IMG/VR virus record: IMGVR_UViG_3300006917_000001
From: an uncultured virus (IMG/VR IMGVR_UViG_3300006917_000001)
Taxonomy: Duplodnaviria; Heunggongvirae; Uroviricota; Caudoviricetes
Reading direction: 5' to 3' (one strand)
Length of the DNA stretch: 31,891 bases
The notes beneath the pieces were generated by a model, which was given only the letters and a program-made list of their open reading frames with translations, was not told the origin of the DNA and searched no databases. Numbering within the stretch: the first letter of the stretch is position 1; the number at the start of each line of letters is the position of its first letter. This document shows, piece by piece, positions 1-9,480 of the stretch. Position numbers and translations under genes: made by a program.

Positions 1-2
1 AC

Positions 3-221
3 CGGGTAGCCGGCCTCCCGCCATCGCATCACGGCTGAGATGTAATGCTTGGCCTGAGAAACAATGCCCGGAGCAACCGTGTCCTTTACCGTGCCATTTG
101 GATTAGAACAGTGATGATGGATTTTGCTATTCTTAATGGGAGGGGTGATAAACCCACAACGAGTACAACGGTAAACCCCTAAAGAACCCACAAGACGGAT
201 CAAGACAAAATTACATTCCAT
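3..221 (-). CDS. Small Cys/His-rich hypothetical protein (partial, runs off the window edge)
   Basis: Not in the ORF track; translated by hand. ATG at 221, just after the upstream stop at 226-228, gives MECNFVLIRLVGSLGVYRCTRCGFITPPIKNSKIHHHCSNPNG...RWREAGYP, open to the edge. Contains a CxxC motif. Confidence 0.7.
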   Translation of the reverse strand, partial: MECNFVLIRLVGSLGVYRCTRCGFITPPIKNSKIHHHCSNPNGTVKDTVAPGIVSQAKHYISAVMRWREAGYP

Positions 222-225
222 GGCG

Positions 226-2436
226 TTAGAAGGAGGTTAGAGTTATTGTGGACCCCGTTGGGTCGCAGTCGTAAGCTCCAGAAGTAGAGAGGTATGGAAT
301 CACCAAACCAGAAATTGTTCGGCAATTCAAAGGTTTTGGAATTGTTCTTCTGTAATTTACAAACTGTCCTGGAGCTGGGTAAGCCACTTGGAAGTAGACA
401 GTCACCGTAATAATGACGTTGGACCCAACGGAAGTAAAACTAATGGAAATAAAGCCTGGAACTTGACATGGGTCCCCACTAAACAAGAAGTTATTGGAAT
501 AGCGAGCACTGCAAGTTCCATCCGTTAATGCCATATAACTGCCGTCATAGTTGGGACAGCAACCACCAGCCCCCATACCAGCCAGCTCTACAGCGAATCC
601 AGCGGGAAACAAACTATCTTGGCAGGGGTTACAGATGCGAACGCAATCGTAACACTCCTCATCGGTATAGGGGTGACTCAAATACGCGGAGTGGTATTCC
701 GTAACAGAGAGAGAACCACCCCCAGTCGCAATCAGCTCAATTCCACCCCAATTTCCCGTGGAGGTCCCGGTTCCAACCACACTCACATCAGCCGGCGGAA
801 TAAGCCCTGGATGTGGATTTACCGTCATGGTTAATCCACCGGCAGTCAAACAGAGGTTTACAGTCACCTCCGCCCCTGCGATCGCCTGAGGAACCAGAGC
901 CGATTCCCCAGAAGAAAGCGTAGCCACCCCAGAAACAAATGGAGTGCTCCGACCAAATTGGATTTGACCCCAAGGCCCTGACCTTGTGGAGTCGGATGCT
1001 AGATAAACCCGTACCGTTTGAAGATAAGCCCCTCCAGTAAATGTGGCAGCGACGAAATTGGCCCCACCAACACCACCATTCATCATGCCGTAATCGCCGA
1101 CCGAAGATAACGTAATGTTACCTGTTTCTCCCCCTCCCAAGGTTCCACTTCGTACCTCAAACTCACATTTAGAGCCTACTTGAGGAGAGGCATCATACAC
1201 CCCTGTCAAGCAATCAGAACACCAACCACACAAAGGGTCCAGCTCATATGGGATTGTGTACTCCACATCCCGAAACGTGACAGTCCCCGTCATGGTGCCG
1301 GTTCCCAGCCCGGCAGTGTAATTCGTGGCGGTCGCCGTTGTAGGAACGGAAACGCGACGGATATTATGGATGCGGGGAATGTCGTAAGTGGCATTGGGGA
1401 CTAGACCCGCAATGGCATCCGTTCCATCGTAAATCACACAAAAGTAATGCTCCACATTTGGCACTAAGCCGGCAACTTGCATGGAGCGGGAGCCATCAGG
1501 ACCATCAATGGTCATGGTTCCACAAGAAGTCCCCACTTCAAACGTAGCAGTAATCTCGTCCCCTGCTAAGAAAACCTTAATTTGATCCCCGTTGGCTGTC
1601 GTGGTGAAGTAACCAATGGCTTGCATCACATTGGTTCGGTGAGGGTTTTCTGTTAGTAGCATCGCCTGAGCGTTACTGCTACTCGTGGACCCTGGACCCC
1701 ACGTGCCACTCACAATGTCCCAATTGCACGCCAAAGAAGTGACCGTCACCATCAAATCAGCCCAATTACATCCCACGATTCCAGTACAAACTTCGCAACT
1801 CGGGTGATCGTCCCCGTCATACGTATAGCTGAGCGTAATGGAATTAAATGTAACGGGGTCGGCCCCCTTGGCGGTTACCTCCAAGCCGGCAATACGACCT
1901 TCTGCAGAGACGGCACTGGTACTCCCAATCACACCTCCAGCCGCGGAGGCCATAAGGTAGAGGTCAGTCCCAGAGGTACTATTCTTCCCGTAACAAACGG
2001 AAAAGACGTGAGAAGTTCCCGGCAGCAAATCAGGCACAGACAAGACTTGACTGATTTGCGTTTCCACACCTCCTAGAATGCGATACAGCGTAATCGTACC
2101 GCAATCGGCTTGGACACTGAACTCAGCTGCAAGATAATTCGTGCCCGTGGTTCCATCATAGGCGACCAAGCCACGAAATGAGTCTCCCGCATTGGGGAGA
2201 AGCACCCTTCCCGTGAGCAGCATTTTGGAGCCGATTTCGGTTTCCGGCTGCTCTCGCAAAATCTCCACAAGACCCACGGCATTGGCCACAAGAGATTGAC
2301 TGGAAATTTCCCAGTCCCCAGATACCTCATTCCAGTCGCTGCCGAGACTAGTGGAATCATCGCGGCTAAAGCGGTCTCGAAAATAAACGCAAGAAACCCG
2401 GCAACAACAGCGAGAAATACTCCCCTTTGCTCTCAT
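226..2436 (-). CDS. Cys-rich tail tip or receptor-binding protein with three tandem beta-sandwich (lectin-like) repeats
   Basis: True start is probably ATG 2436, overlapping the upstream stop as TAATG. G/S/T/V-rich beta composition, three internal repeats separated by Cys clusters, and located at the distal end of the tail module. Confidence 0.6.
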   Translation of the reverse strand: MRAKGSISRCCCRVSCVYFRDRFSRDDSTSLGSDWNEVSGDWEISSQSLVANAVGLVEILREQPETEIGSKMLLTGRVLLPNAGDSFRGLVAYDGTTGTNYLAAEFSVQADCGTITLYRILGGVETQISQVLSVPDLLPGTSHVFSVCYGKNSTSGTDLYLMASAAGGVIGSTSAVSAEGRIAGLEVTAKGADPVTFNSITLSYTYDGDDHPSCEVCTGIVGCNWADLMVTVTSLACNWDIVSGTWGPGSTSSSNAQAMLLTENPHRTNVMQAIGYFTTTANGDQIKVFLAGDEITATFEVGTSCGTMTIDGPDGSRSMQVAGLVPNVEHYFCVIYDGTDAIAGLVPNATYDIPRIHNIRRVSVPTTATATNYTAGLGTGTMTGTVTFRDVEYTIPYELDPLCGWCSDCLTGVYDASPQVGSKCEFEVRSGTLGGGETGNITLSSVGDYGMMNGGVGGANFVAATFTGGAYLQTVRVYLASDSTRSGPWGQIQFGRSTPFVSGVATLSSGESALVPQAIAGAEVTVNLCLTAGGLTMTVNPHPGLIPPADVSVVGTGTSTGNWGGIELIATGGGSLSVTEYHSAYLSHPYTDEECYDCVRICNPCQDSLFPAGFAVELAGMGAGGCCPNYDGSYMALTDGTCSARYSNNFLFSGDPCQVPGFISISFTSVGSNVIITVTVYFQVAYPAPGQFVNYRRTIPKPLNCRTISGLVIPYLSTSGAYDCDPTGSTITLTSF

Positions 2437-3080
2437 TAGGTATCCTCGCAATCTGCCAGATGAACATTCCAGCGACCCAAACCATCATCTTCGTCTGGGT
2501 AGAATAACATCTCCACCCGTTTTCCATTGGATACTGGCTCGTCCCCATGAATCCAATCTAGCCAACACTCCGCCACCCAATCCGTGGCAACCCCATTACG
2601 GTAGACAGTCACATTGCCACTCCCATCTACGGGGATTCCACCTTCACTGGATACCACCCCTTTTCGAAAAATGGGGACACTTAGAGGCACAAACCGACCC
2701 AGAAAACCATCCCAATGAGCAGTAATCCGATCCCCTACCAACAGCCGGCAACGAGCACAAAAATCGCGGGAATCTAACTCGTAAACCGTATCATCATCCA
2801 GCACCCATTCCCCAGAGGTCTGGGAGTAATACCTCCGTTTAATGAGGTACAACCCAGAACTCGCCGTATCGTCGTCATCAATGGTAACGCTGGAAACTTC
2901 AAACCTCCCTTGGTGAAATGGAGGTGGGGTTATAACGGAAACCTGATCGTAACGATTTCGAGTAGTTGCAAATCCGTGAGCACGAAGACCCTCAATCCTC
3001 GCTACACCACGACCCAAACGGTTAATATGCTCCGCAGAAAGGCGATCCCCAGCTCGTTTAATCGGAATTGGGTATTCCAT
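2436..3080 (-). CDS. Putative minor tail or tail-tip protein
   Basis: 214-aa ORF tightly packed in the post-tape-measure cluster, GAGGTG Shine-Dalgarno upstream. Function from synteny only. Confidence 0.5.
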   Translation of the reverse strand: MEYPIPIKRAGDRLSAEHINRLGRGVARIEGLRAHGFATTRNRYDQVSVITPPPFHQGRFEVSSVTIDDDDTASSGLYLIKRRYYSQTSGEWVLDDDTVYELDSRDFCARCRLLVGDRITAHWDGFLGRFVPLSVPIFRKGVVSSEGGIPVDGSGNVTVYRNGVATDWVAECWLDWIHGDEPVSNGKRVEMLFYPDEDDGLGRWNVHLADCEDT

Positions 3081-3088
3081 GTCTCACC

Positions 3089-4018
3089 TCACGTATTCGG
3101 GGCAAAAATGGAATCCAAATTTGCCAAAGAATAAATTGGATTTGTGCCGTCCACCAGGAGCCGGCGAAACCCAACTCCCTTACGGTAGATATGATTGTGG
3201 GTAACTTGAACCCCATCAGGAGCCGTAAAATTACGCTCCACAAAATTCAAATCCAAGTTCAATGGGGAAGCCCCTGTGAAACCAGATCTCCACGTGTACT
3301 GTTGCGACATAGACCAACTGGTGAACAACACCGTTTCCGCTGGAGCGTTAAACAGAAGGGTCATTGCGGTACTATTCACTTTTCCCAACTTGTCCCGCAA
3401 TCTCCCTAAAATGGTCCCGTTGAACGTAGCCCACGGAAGTTGAGGCCAACGAACATGCCATTCCACTTGGGGTTGGTTTACCACTCCGTAAATATCAGGT
3501 TCTTTTACTTCTTCCAAAGGAGTGTCGCCCGTTGCTGGCTTCCACCGCCCCTGACCATTTACATCTAACGGCTGGAAATCCCCACCACCAGAGCAAGAAA
3601 TTTCCAAAAAAGTAAAAGGGTCTGTAGGGTCAGCTTCGTCATCATTGTTAGGAGTAGTTCCATATTCAATGGTGACCTTTAAGTCTTCTTCGTAGGTGTC
3701 TGCTGGAGCCGAAGCATCCGTATTAAACGGGTCTACTGGCTTCCCATCCGTCCACGCCTCCCATGTGATTCGCTTGGCACTGAGAGTACCCAAGCCCGGG
3801 AAAGCCCGAGCTCGTGGGTAATAAGCAATTCCCATCCAATCATAGACCACTGGAAAGACTTCGTTTACAAAATCGTCCAAATGGTAGGCTTTGATAAGGT
3901 AGACCTCCGTAGCCGAGGCCTCTTCCTTTTCAAACATGCCACTACGGGAGATAACTTTGACTGGGATATTACCAAGGGTAGATAAACGCCATTGGGAAGG
4001 ATCGAGTTGAATAGCCAT
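3089..4018 (-). CDS. Putative distal tail or tail-tip hub protein
   Basis: 309-aa beta-rich ORF two genes after the tape measure. Call from size and position. Confidence 0.5.
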   Translation of the reverse strand: MAIQLDPSQWRLSTLGNIPVKVISRSGMFEKEEASATEVYLIKAYHLDDFVNEVFPVVYDWMGIAYYPRARAFPGLGTLSAKRITWEAWTDGKPVDPFNTDASAPADTYEEDLKVTIEYGTTPNNDDEADPTDPFTFLEISCSGGGDFQPLDVNGQGRWKPATGDTPLEEVKEPDIYGVVNQPQVEWHVRWPQLPWATFNGTILGRLRDKLGKVNSTAMTLLFNAPAETVLFTSWSMSQQYTWRSGFTGASPLNLDLNFVERNFTAPDGVQVTHNHIYRKGVGFRRLLVDGTNPIYSLANLDSIFAPNT

Positions 4019-4026
4019 AAAATCCC

Positions 4027-6693
4027 CTAGAATGTAAGTCGCATTCGTCCGTGAGCCCCCACTGATCCAGTAGGAAAGGAGTTGGAGCCACCACCACCGC
4101 CACCACCAGGAACATCGCCAGCTAAAGAAGTTTGAGTAGGTTCCACAGCCCCATCACCACCAGCACCCGAATCCACATCGGGGGCAGGAGCCCCAATACC
4201 ACCATCGTCCCCGTTTTCCCCATCTGTCCCATGAGCAGCACAGCCACCACTAGAGCCACCACCGCCACCATTAGACGTAGAACCACCCGTACCACCAAGA
4301 CCACCACCACCACCGCTATAGCGTGTAGTTCCCACGCCAGAAGAGAACACTCCACCCTCCCCAGGAATGTCATCCGTGGCTGTTTCTCCGCCAACAGCCT
4401 TTACCAATACATTGTTTCCAGGGTCAAGAAACGTCGTGTCCCCTCCATTTACATAAGGTCCATTCGTGTCCCCTCCAGTACCAACTTGGATGGTGTAGGT
4501 GTTCCCAGGAACTACGGTGACCGTGGCTTTAGAAAAAGCACCACCACCGCCACCACCGCCAGACTGAGTGAAGTAGTTACCACCACCTCCACCACCTCCC
4601 CAACACTCCACCAAAACAGAAGTAATGCCAACTGGAGCCGTCCAAGTATCGTTTGCATTGTAGACCAGCACCGTTGGAGTGTAGGTACTAGAACTAGACG
4701 AAGAACTTGAAGATTGACTGGAGCTGCTGGAGGAACTACTGGAGTTACTAGAGGAGCTACTGGAGCTACTGGAGGAAGAACTTGACTGACTAGAGGACTC
4801 CGAACTACTGCTGGAGTTACTGCTGGAAGAACTAGAACTATGGGAACTGCTGCTAGAGCTAGAGCTGCTCGACTCGCTACTACTGGAGGAACTACTGGAG
4901 CTCGACTCGCTACTACTGGAGGAACTACTGGAGCTCGACTGAGAACTTGACGAGGAGCTGGAGCTACTACTGGAGGAATTAGAGCTACTGGAGGAGCTAC
5001 TGGAGGAACTATTGGAGCTACTAGAGGAACTACTGGAGCTCGACTGAGAACTTGACGAGGAACTTGAGCTGCTACTGGAGGAATTAGAAGAACTTGACGA
5101 GGAACTTGAGCTGCTACTAGAAGATTCAGAGCTACTGGAGGAACTACTGGAGCTCGACTCGCTACTGCTGGAGCTGCTCGACTGAGAACTTGACGAGGAG
5201 CTGGAGCTACTCGAAAAGCTAGAAGACGAGCTACTGGAAAAAGAACTAGAAGATGAACTCGAACTACTGGAAGAACTAGAATCAGATTGGCTAGAACTGG
5301 AACTGCTAGAACTGCTGCTGGAGCTGGACTGGGAACTAGAACTGCTAGAGGACTGAGAACTACTGGAGGAACTACTGGAGCTCGACTCGCTGCTACTGGA
5401 GGAACTACTGGAGCTTGACTGAGAACTTGACGAGGAGCTGGAACTCGATTGCGAGCTACTAGAGGAACTACTAGAGCTCGACTCGCTGCTACTGGAAGAG
5501 CTGGAGCTACTCGATTCGCTACTACTGGAGGAACTACTAGAGCTCGACTGAGAACTTGACGAGGAGCTGGAGCTGCTAGACGAAGAACTTGAAGATTGAC
5601 TGGAAAATGAACTGGAGCTTGACGAGGAGCTACTGGAGCTTGACGAAGACGAACTGGAGGATTGCGAGCTACTGGAGGAGCTACTGGAGCTACTGGAAGA
5701 ATTACTGGAGGACGAACTACTGCTAGAACTAGATTGTGAACTACTGCTGGAGCTGGATTGGGAACTGGAGCTTGACGAGGAGCTACTGGATTGACTGGAC
5801 TCCGACACACTGGATTGCGAGCTGCTCGAGCTACTGCTAGAGCTACTGGACAAACTGGATGACGAACTGGAATGAGAGCTGCTGGAGGTACTGCTGGAGC
5901 TGCTGGACTCAGAACTGAGAAGGGAGCTGCTACTAGACGAACTACTGGTGGAAGAACTAGAAGACAACGAGCTCTCTGCCGAGCTACTGGAGGACACACT
6001 AGAAGAACTAGAGGAGCTACTGGAGCTCGAACTGGCAGAACTGGAGGAACTACTGGAGGATTGGGAACTGGCGGAGCTAGACGATAGGCTGGAAGACGAG
6101 CTACTGGAAAGGGAAGAACTACTGCTGGAACTAGATGGCTCGTCATCATGGCGAGCCATAATGTAAACAGAGTAAGTTAAATCCCCATTTGCTGCTGTAA
6201 GCTTGAGGCGATGGTTTACCGCATCCGCCACGTCAAACGCGGGTTCGGCCAACTGGGTCTTGACCAGGAAGCCCCCGGGCCGAATGGCCCCATTCCCAGC
6301 ACTTGTATGGGACCCAAAGCAGGACCAGCCGTTCGTAGCATCCGGCTCAATTTCTAAACTGCCCGTAGAAGTCGGTTCGCACGCAATGGCAAGAACTACA
6401 ATCTCCTCATAAACCACCAACTGACCGCAACCGTCCCGCCCATCGCCGGCTCCAATATCAATACCTTGTAAATCGTAGAGGTCCAAAACCTCACTGGCAC
6501 CCGACGCCAAAGAACGAGACTGGGCTTGCCACCCACGGCTCACCTGACTGGCTTCCACACCAGGAGAGAGGGAAGGGTGATAGAACAACGCAGGACACTC
6601 TACGTCCGCCTCGGAGTAGTCCACCAAGGAGTTGACTACTCTACCACGAAGGACAAGAAAAACTTTAGCTCCGGTGAGTGTCTGCGTCCCCAT
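4027..6693 (-). CDS. 888-aa putative tail-associated protein: N-terminal domain paralogous to 10676..11356, 483-residue poly-Ser linker, C-terminal glycine-rich domain
   Basis: Residues 1-186 align with the 226-aa protein. C-terminal TWTAPVGITSVLVECWGGGGGGG...GGGGGAFS...VVPGNTYTIQVGTGG...GAHGRMRLTF is the typical phage fibre glycine-rich domain pattern. Starts 4 nt after the tape measure stop. Confidence 0.8.
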   Translation of the reverse strand: MGTQTLTGAKVFLVLRGRVVNSLVDYSEADVECPALFYHPSLSPGVEASQVSRGWQAQSRSLASGASEVLDLYDLQGIDIGAGDGRDGCGQLVVYEEIVVLAIACEPTSTGSLEIEPDATNGWSCFGSHTSAGNGAIRPGGFLVKTQLAEPAFDVADAVNHRLKLTAANGDLTYSVYIMARHDDEPSSSSSSSSLSSSSSSSLSSSSASSQSSSSSSSSASSSSSSSSSSSSVSSSSSAESSLSSSSSTSSSSSSSSLLSSESSSSSSTSSSSHSSSSSSLSSSSSSSSSSSQSSVSESSQSSSSSSSSSSQSSSSSSSQSSSSSSSSSSNSSSSSSSSSSSSQSSSSSSSSSSSSSSSSSSFSSQSSSSSSSSSSSSSSSQSSSSSSSSSSESSSSSSSSSSESSSSSSSSSSQSSSSSSSSSQSSSSSSSSSSESSSSSSSSSSQSSSSSSSQSSSSSSSSSSSSSQSDSSSSSSSSSSSSSFSSSSSSSFSSSSSSSSSSQSSSSSSSESSSSSSSSSSESSSSSSSSSSSSSNSSSSSSSSSSSSQSSSSSSSSSSNSSSSSSSSSSNSSSSSSSSSSSSQSSSSSSSSSSESSSSSSSSSSESSSSSSSSSSHSSSSSSSNSSSSSESSSQSSSSSSSSSSSSSNSSSSSSSSSQSSSSSSSSSTYTPTVLVYNANDTWTAPVGITSVLVECWGGGGGGGNYFTQSGGGGGGGAFSKATVTVVPGNTYTIQVGTGGDTNGPYVNGGDTTFLDPGNNVLVKAVGGETATDDIPGEGGVFSSGVGTTRYSGGGGGLGGTGGSTSNGGGGGSSGGCAAHGTDGENGDDGGIGAPAPDVDSGAGGDGAVEPTQTSLAGDVPGGGGGGGSNSFPTGSVGAHGRMRLTF
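4687..6135 (-). repeat. 1449-bp low-complexity coding repeat (poly-Ser, imperfect tandem units)
   Basis: Mixed TCN/AGY codons with recurring blocks such as gactgagaacttgacgaggagctggagct and ggaggaactactggagctcgactcgct (+ strand). Q/E/N/H/F interruptions roughly every 8-20 residues. Confidence 0.95.
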
Positions 6694-6696
6694 AGG

Positions 6697-9042
6697 TTAC
6701 TCCAAAATTGCTGGAGTGCCCTTCTTGGCAACTTCCACCATTGTCCCCATTTTGGAGTCAATTCCCTTAAGTAGATCTGTGTGCTTCGTGCTTTCTTTCA
6801 TGGCCCCATCAGGGGTCAGGGAAGTACCAGGACCTTCCACAACAAAGTCTGCCGACCGAAACCGTGGAGACAGAGTAGAGCGGTCTCGAATTTCGCGTAA
6901 CAAATCAGACTGTTTAATGGATTCGTCCGCAATAATTTTCTGATCCTTGTCTTTGCCCGACATGATTTCTTGCAGCCGTTTTCCATACTCTGCATAACCT
7001 ACCGGCCCCATTGCCTTCTTCTTTTCTTCGGGGGTTTCTTCGGTCTTGCCTCCACCCCCTTTTCCCTTCGTATTGTCCTCTTTTTCTTCAGGGAGCACGG
7101 CAGCATCCATAAGCCCCTTGATGCTTCCAATGGCAGCGTCCATGCTCTTACGGGTCGTGGCCATGGAAGCGTCAATGGCAGCATAAGCCTTCCCCACGGA
7201 TTTGGCTCTTTGTTCTTCTACAGTCGCCCGGCTGGCATTAAGCCGTTCTAAACTGGCAGACTGTTGCTCTCCAATGATTTGGCGTTGTTTATTCTCCCAC
7301 ACTTGGATTGCTTGTAGATTGTCTTGAGTGGCTTTCTGGCGTTTAACCAGAAAATCGTCCGCCATTTTTCGAATGTCTGCCACCATTCCTTGCATCTCGG
7401 GAAAGAGCTCCAAAATCTTAAGCACCCCTTCCAACATAAACATCATGTGCTTGGTAAAATTCTGGACCATCCAATTTCCAATATTCGTCCACAAAGTTCG
7501 CCAAGTAGAAATAAACTGAACGAACCCCGTCTTAGCAAAAGCCCACATATTGGTAAATGATTCTTGGAACCCAAACTTCACAGCATCCCACAACCGGAAA
7601 AGGTAATCCCCAAAGGCAGTAAAGACCCGCACCCCTTCCAAGTACACAAGGTTGAAAGCCCCAAAGAGGTAGATGCCGAGGTTCGCCGCCACCACTTTCC
7701 AATTTTCGGTAAGCACCCGAACAAACTTGGCGGTTTGAAGAACGAAATTAGAAACGGCTCTTACACCACTTGTGAAAATTTCCACAAGAGAGCCACCTAA
7801 AGCAGTAAAATCAAACCCCATCATCTCCCCAAGTTTGATTACTAGATCAGAAAGAGCCGTCCATAGGTTAGAGGCTGCAATGGAGGCATGACCCCAAGCC
7901 TCTTTTAACATTTTGGAGGCATCCGCCAACGCATCTTGAACAGGCTTTAGCTCCCAAAAGTATTCGTTTAGTTCCATGAGGTACGGTAGGAGCATTCCAA
8001 TCCCAGCCCCAAGAGCCACAAAGACAGCCCCAACACCCGTTCCAATCATGACACTCTTGGCAGTAATACCAAAAGCCCGCATGGCAACTCTAGCACTTGC
8101 GATAGCGAACGCCAATTTTGACATGGCGTTCGCACCCAAGAGAGCCCCACTAATGTAATCAGGAAACATACTCACTACAGCGGTGAGTTGTTCCACCAAT
8201 TTAATTTTGAATCGCACCAATGTCTTTGTCCACTCCACAATAGGGGTGGAAATTGTGCGACGCATAATGTTTACGGCATCATTGTAGGTGCTCGTCAAAC
8301 CATCCATGGTCTGGGACTGTTTTTCCATCATGTTATTAAAACGACCACCCTCACCGCTCAGCTTTTCCAAAATCTTAATCAGGTCGTTAAAAGAAACCTT
8401 TCCTTTAGAAATCATATCCTGAGCAGCATTCGAGGCAACTCCATAATAGTCTGCAATGTCTTGGAGGCTAAGTACACCACGAGTAGATAATTGCCGAAAG
8501 TCTGGAGTAAGTAACTTTCCAACACCTCGTATTTGATTAAAAATAAGAGCCAATTCTCCAAACTGACTGCTCGTGCCGGCTGCCGCATTTCCAATAATAT
8601 TCAGGCTTCGCATTAAGTCTCCGCCACGATCCCCAAACTGAATAAGACCCCGAGCGGCTTGCAAGATTTCTGGCATCTCAAAGGGAGTTTTCGCTGCAAA
8701 TTGCGTCAAGTCATTTAAGGTTTTCTGGGTTTCTTCAGCGGAACCCAGCATCACCTCAAACGCAACTTGGGTCTTTTCCAAACTTGTGGCAGCCTGAGTA
8801 CCCCCTTGGAGCAACTGGGAAGTCCAACGAGCCGTAGCTCCCATCGTGGCAAGAATGCCGGCCTGAATACCAGAGAGGGAGTTAAGCAGCCTATCCGTAA
8901 AACCGTCAACATTTCTATCCATCTGGCCGGTCATTTGAGACACTTGCTGGACGGCAGAAGATTGAGCGGCTTGCAGATCTTGGGCAACCATGGAAGCATC
9001 TGCCCGGACCGTGACGAACATTCTGGCAAGTTCCAATCCCAT
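6697..9042 (-). CDS. Tail tape measure protein
   Basis: 781 aa, Ala/Leu-rich helical. N-terminal MGLELARMFVTVRAD; tape-measure domain (FEVMLGSAEETQKTLNDLTQFAAKTPFEMPEI...GGRFNNMMEKQSQTMDGLTST); hydrophobic central segment; follows the chaperone genes. Confidence 0.95.
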   Translation of the reverse strand: MGLELARMFVTVRADASMVAQDLQAAQSSAVQQVSQMTGQMDRNVDGFTDRLLNSLSGIQAGILATMGATARWTSQLLQGGTQAATSLEKTQVAFEVMLGSAEETQKTLNDLTQFAAKTPFEMPEILQAARGLIQFGDRGGDLMRSLNIIGNAAAGTSSQFGELALIFNQIRGVGKLLTPDFRQLSTRGVLSLQDIADYYGVASNAAQDMISKGKVSFNDLIKILEKLSGEGGRFNNMMEKQSQTMDGLTSTYNDAVNIMRRTISTPIVEWTKTLVRFKIKLVEQLTAVVSMFPDYISGALLGANAMSKLAFAIASARVAMRAFGITAKSVMIGTGVGAVFVALGAGIGMLLPYLMELNEYFWELKPVQDALADASKMLKEAWGHASIAASNLWTALSDLVIKLGEMMGFDFTALGGSLVEIFTSGVRAVSNFVLQTAKFVRVLTENWKVVAANLGIYLFGAFNLVYLEGVRVFTAFGDYLFRLWDAVKFGFQESFTNMWAFAKTGFVQFISTWRTLWTNIGNWMVQNFTKHMMFMLEGVLKILELFPEMQGMVADIRKMADDFLVKRQKATQDNLQAIQVWENKQRQIIGEQQSASLERLNASRATVEEQRAKSVGKAYAAIDASMATTRKSMDAAIGSIKGLMDAAVLPEEKEDNTKGKGGGGKTEETPEEKKKAMGPVGYAEYGKRLQEIMSGKDKDQKIIADESIKQSDLLREIRDRSTLSPRFRSADFVVEGPGTSLTPDGAMKESTKHTDLLKGIDSKMGTMVEVAKKGTPAILE

Positions 9043-9045
9043 AGG

Positions 9046-9480
9046 TCACCTCTTTTTTCGCTTTCTGTTGGATTCCATAGCAGCCCGGGCTTCCCGTTCC
9101 CGTTGCTGTTGACGCTCCATTAACTCACGAGCCTTCGATTTCCCCCGCACAACACCCCGAATAATATTACCTTGTGCATCTCTGCCTGTGATCTTGCCGT
9201 CCGCGGCAGCCTTAGAAACGAGGTTCAGGGGTTCCGCTTTGCTTGTGCGTTTTCCCTTCTTCTGCTTAAGAACTTCTTTATCGCACAGCCGAAACCAAAT
9301 CTGGTCCAAAGTCATTTCGGCAACGTCTGTAATGGGGTAACCACCACCCCCATTAAAAGTATTCTCACAAAGAAGACGAAAATGATAGCTCGTGATCCCT
9401 CCTAATAAACCTGGCCCGTCGCTGGCTTCTTCTTCCGTGGAAGCCCCTTCTCTTAACGCGGCGAGCCCTACATATTTCCC
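9046..9480 (-). CDS. Tail assembly chaperone GT extension (T frame, reached by -1 frameshift)
   Basis: The -1 frame is open from the slippery site at 9480 (GKYVGLAALREGAST...YPITDVAEMTLDQIWFRLCD...) to the stop at 9046. The ORF track shows only 9046..9315. Confidence 0.85.
   Translation of the reverse strand, partial: GKYVGLAALREGASTEEEASDGPGLLGGITSYHFRLLCENTFNGGGGYPITDVAEMTLDQIWFRLCDKEVLKQKKGKRTSKAEPLNLVSKAAADGKITGRDAQGNIIRGVVRGKSKARELMERQQQREREARAAMESNRKRKKR

Noticed and set aside
4512..6149. 545-aa Pro/Val/Ala-rich minus-strand ORF and + strand Leu/Glu-repeat ORFs (5948..6166, 17141..17392, 10655..11290)
   Set aside because: Frame-shifted or antisense shadows of the poly-Ser codons. The Ser frame carries the real flanking domains.
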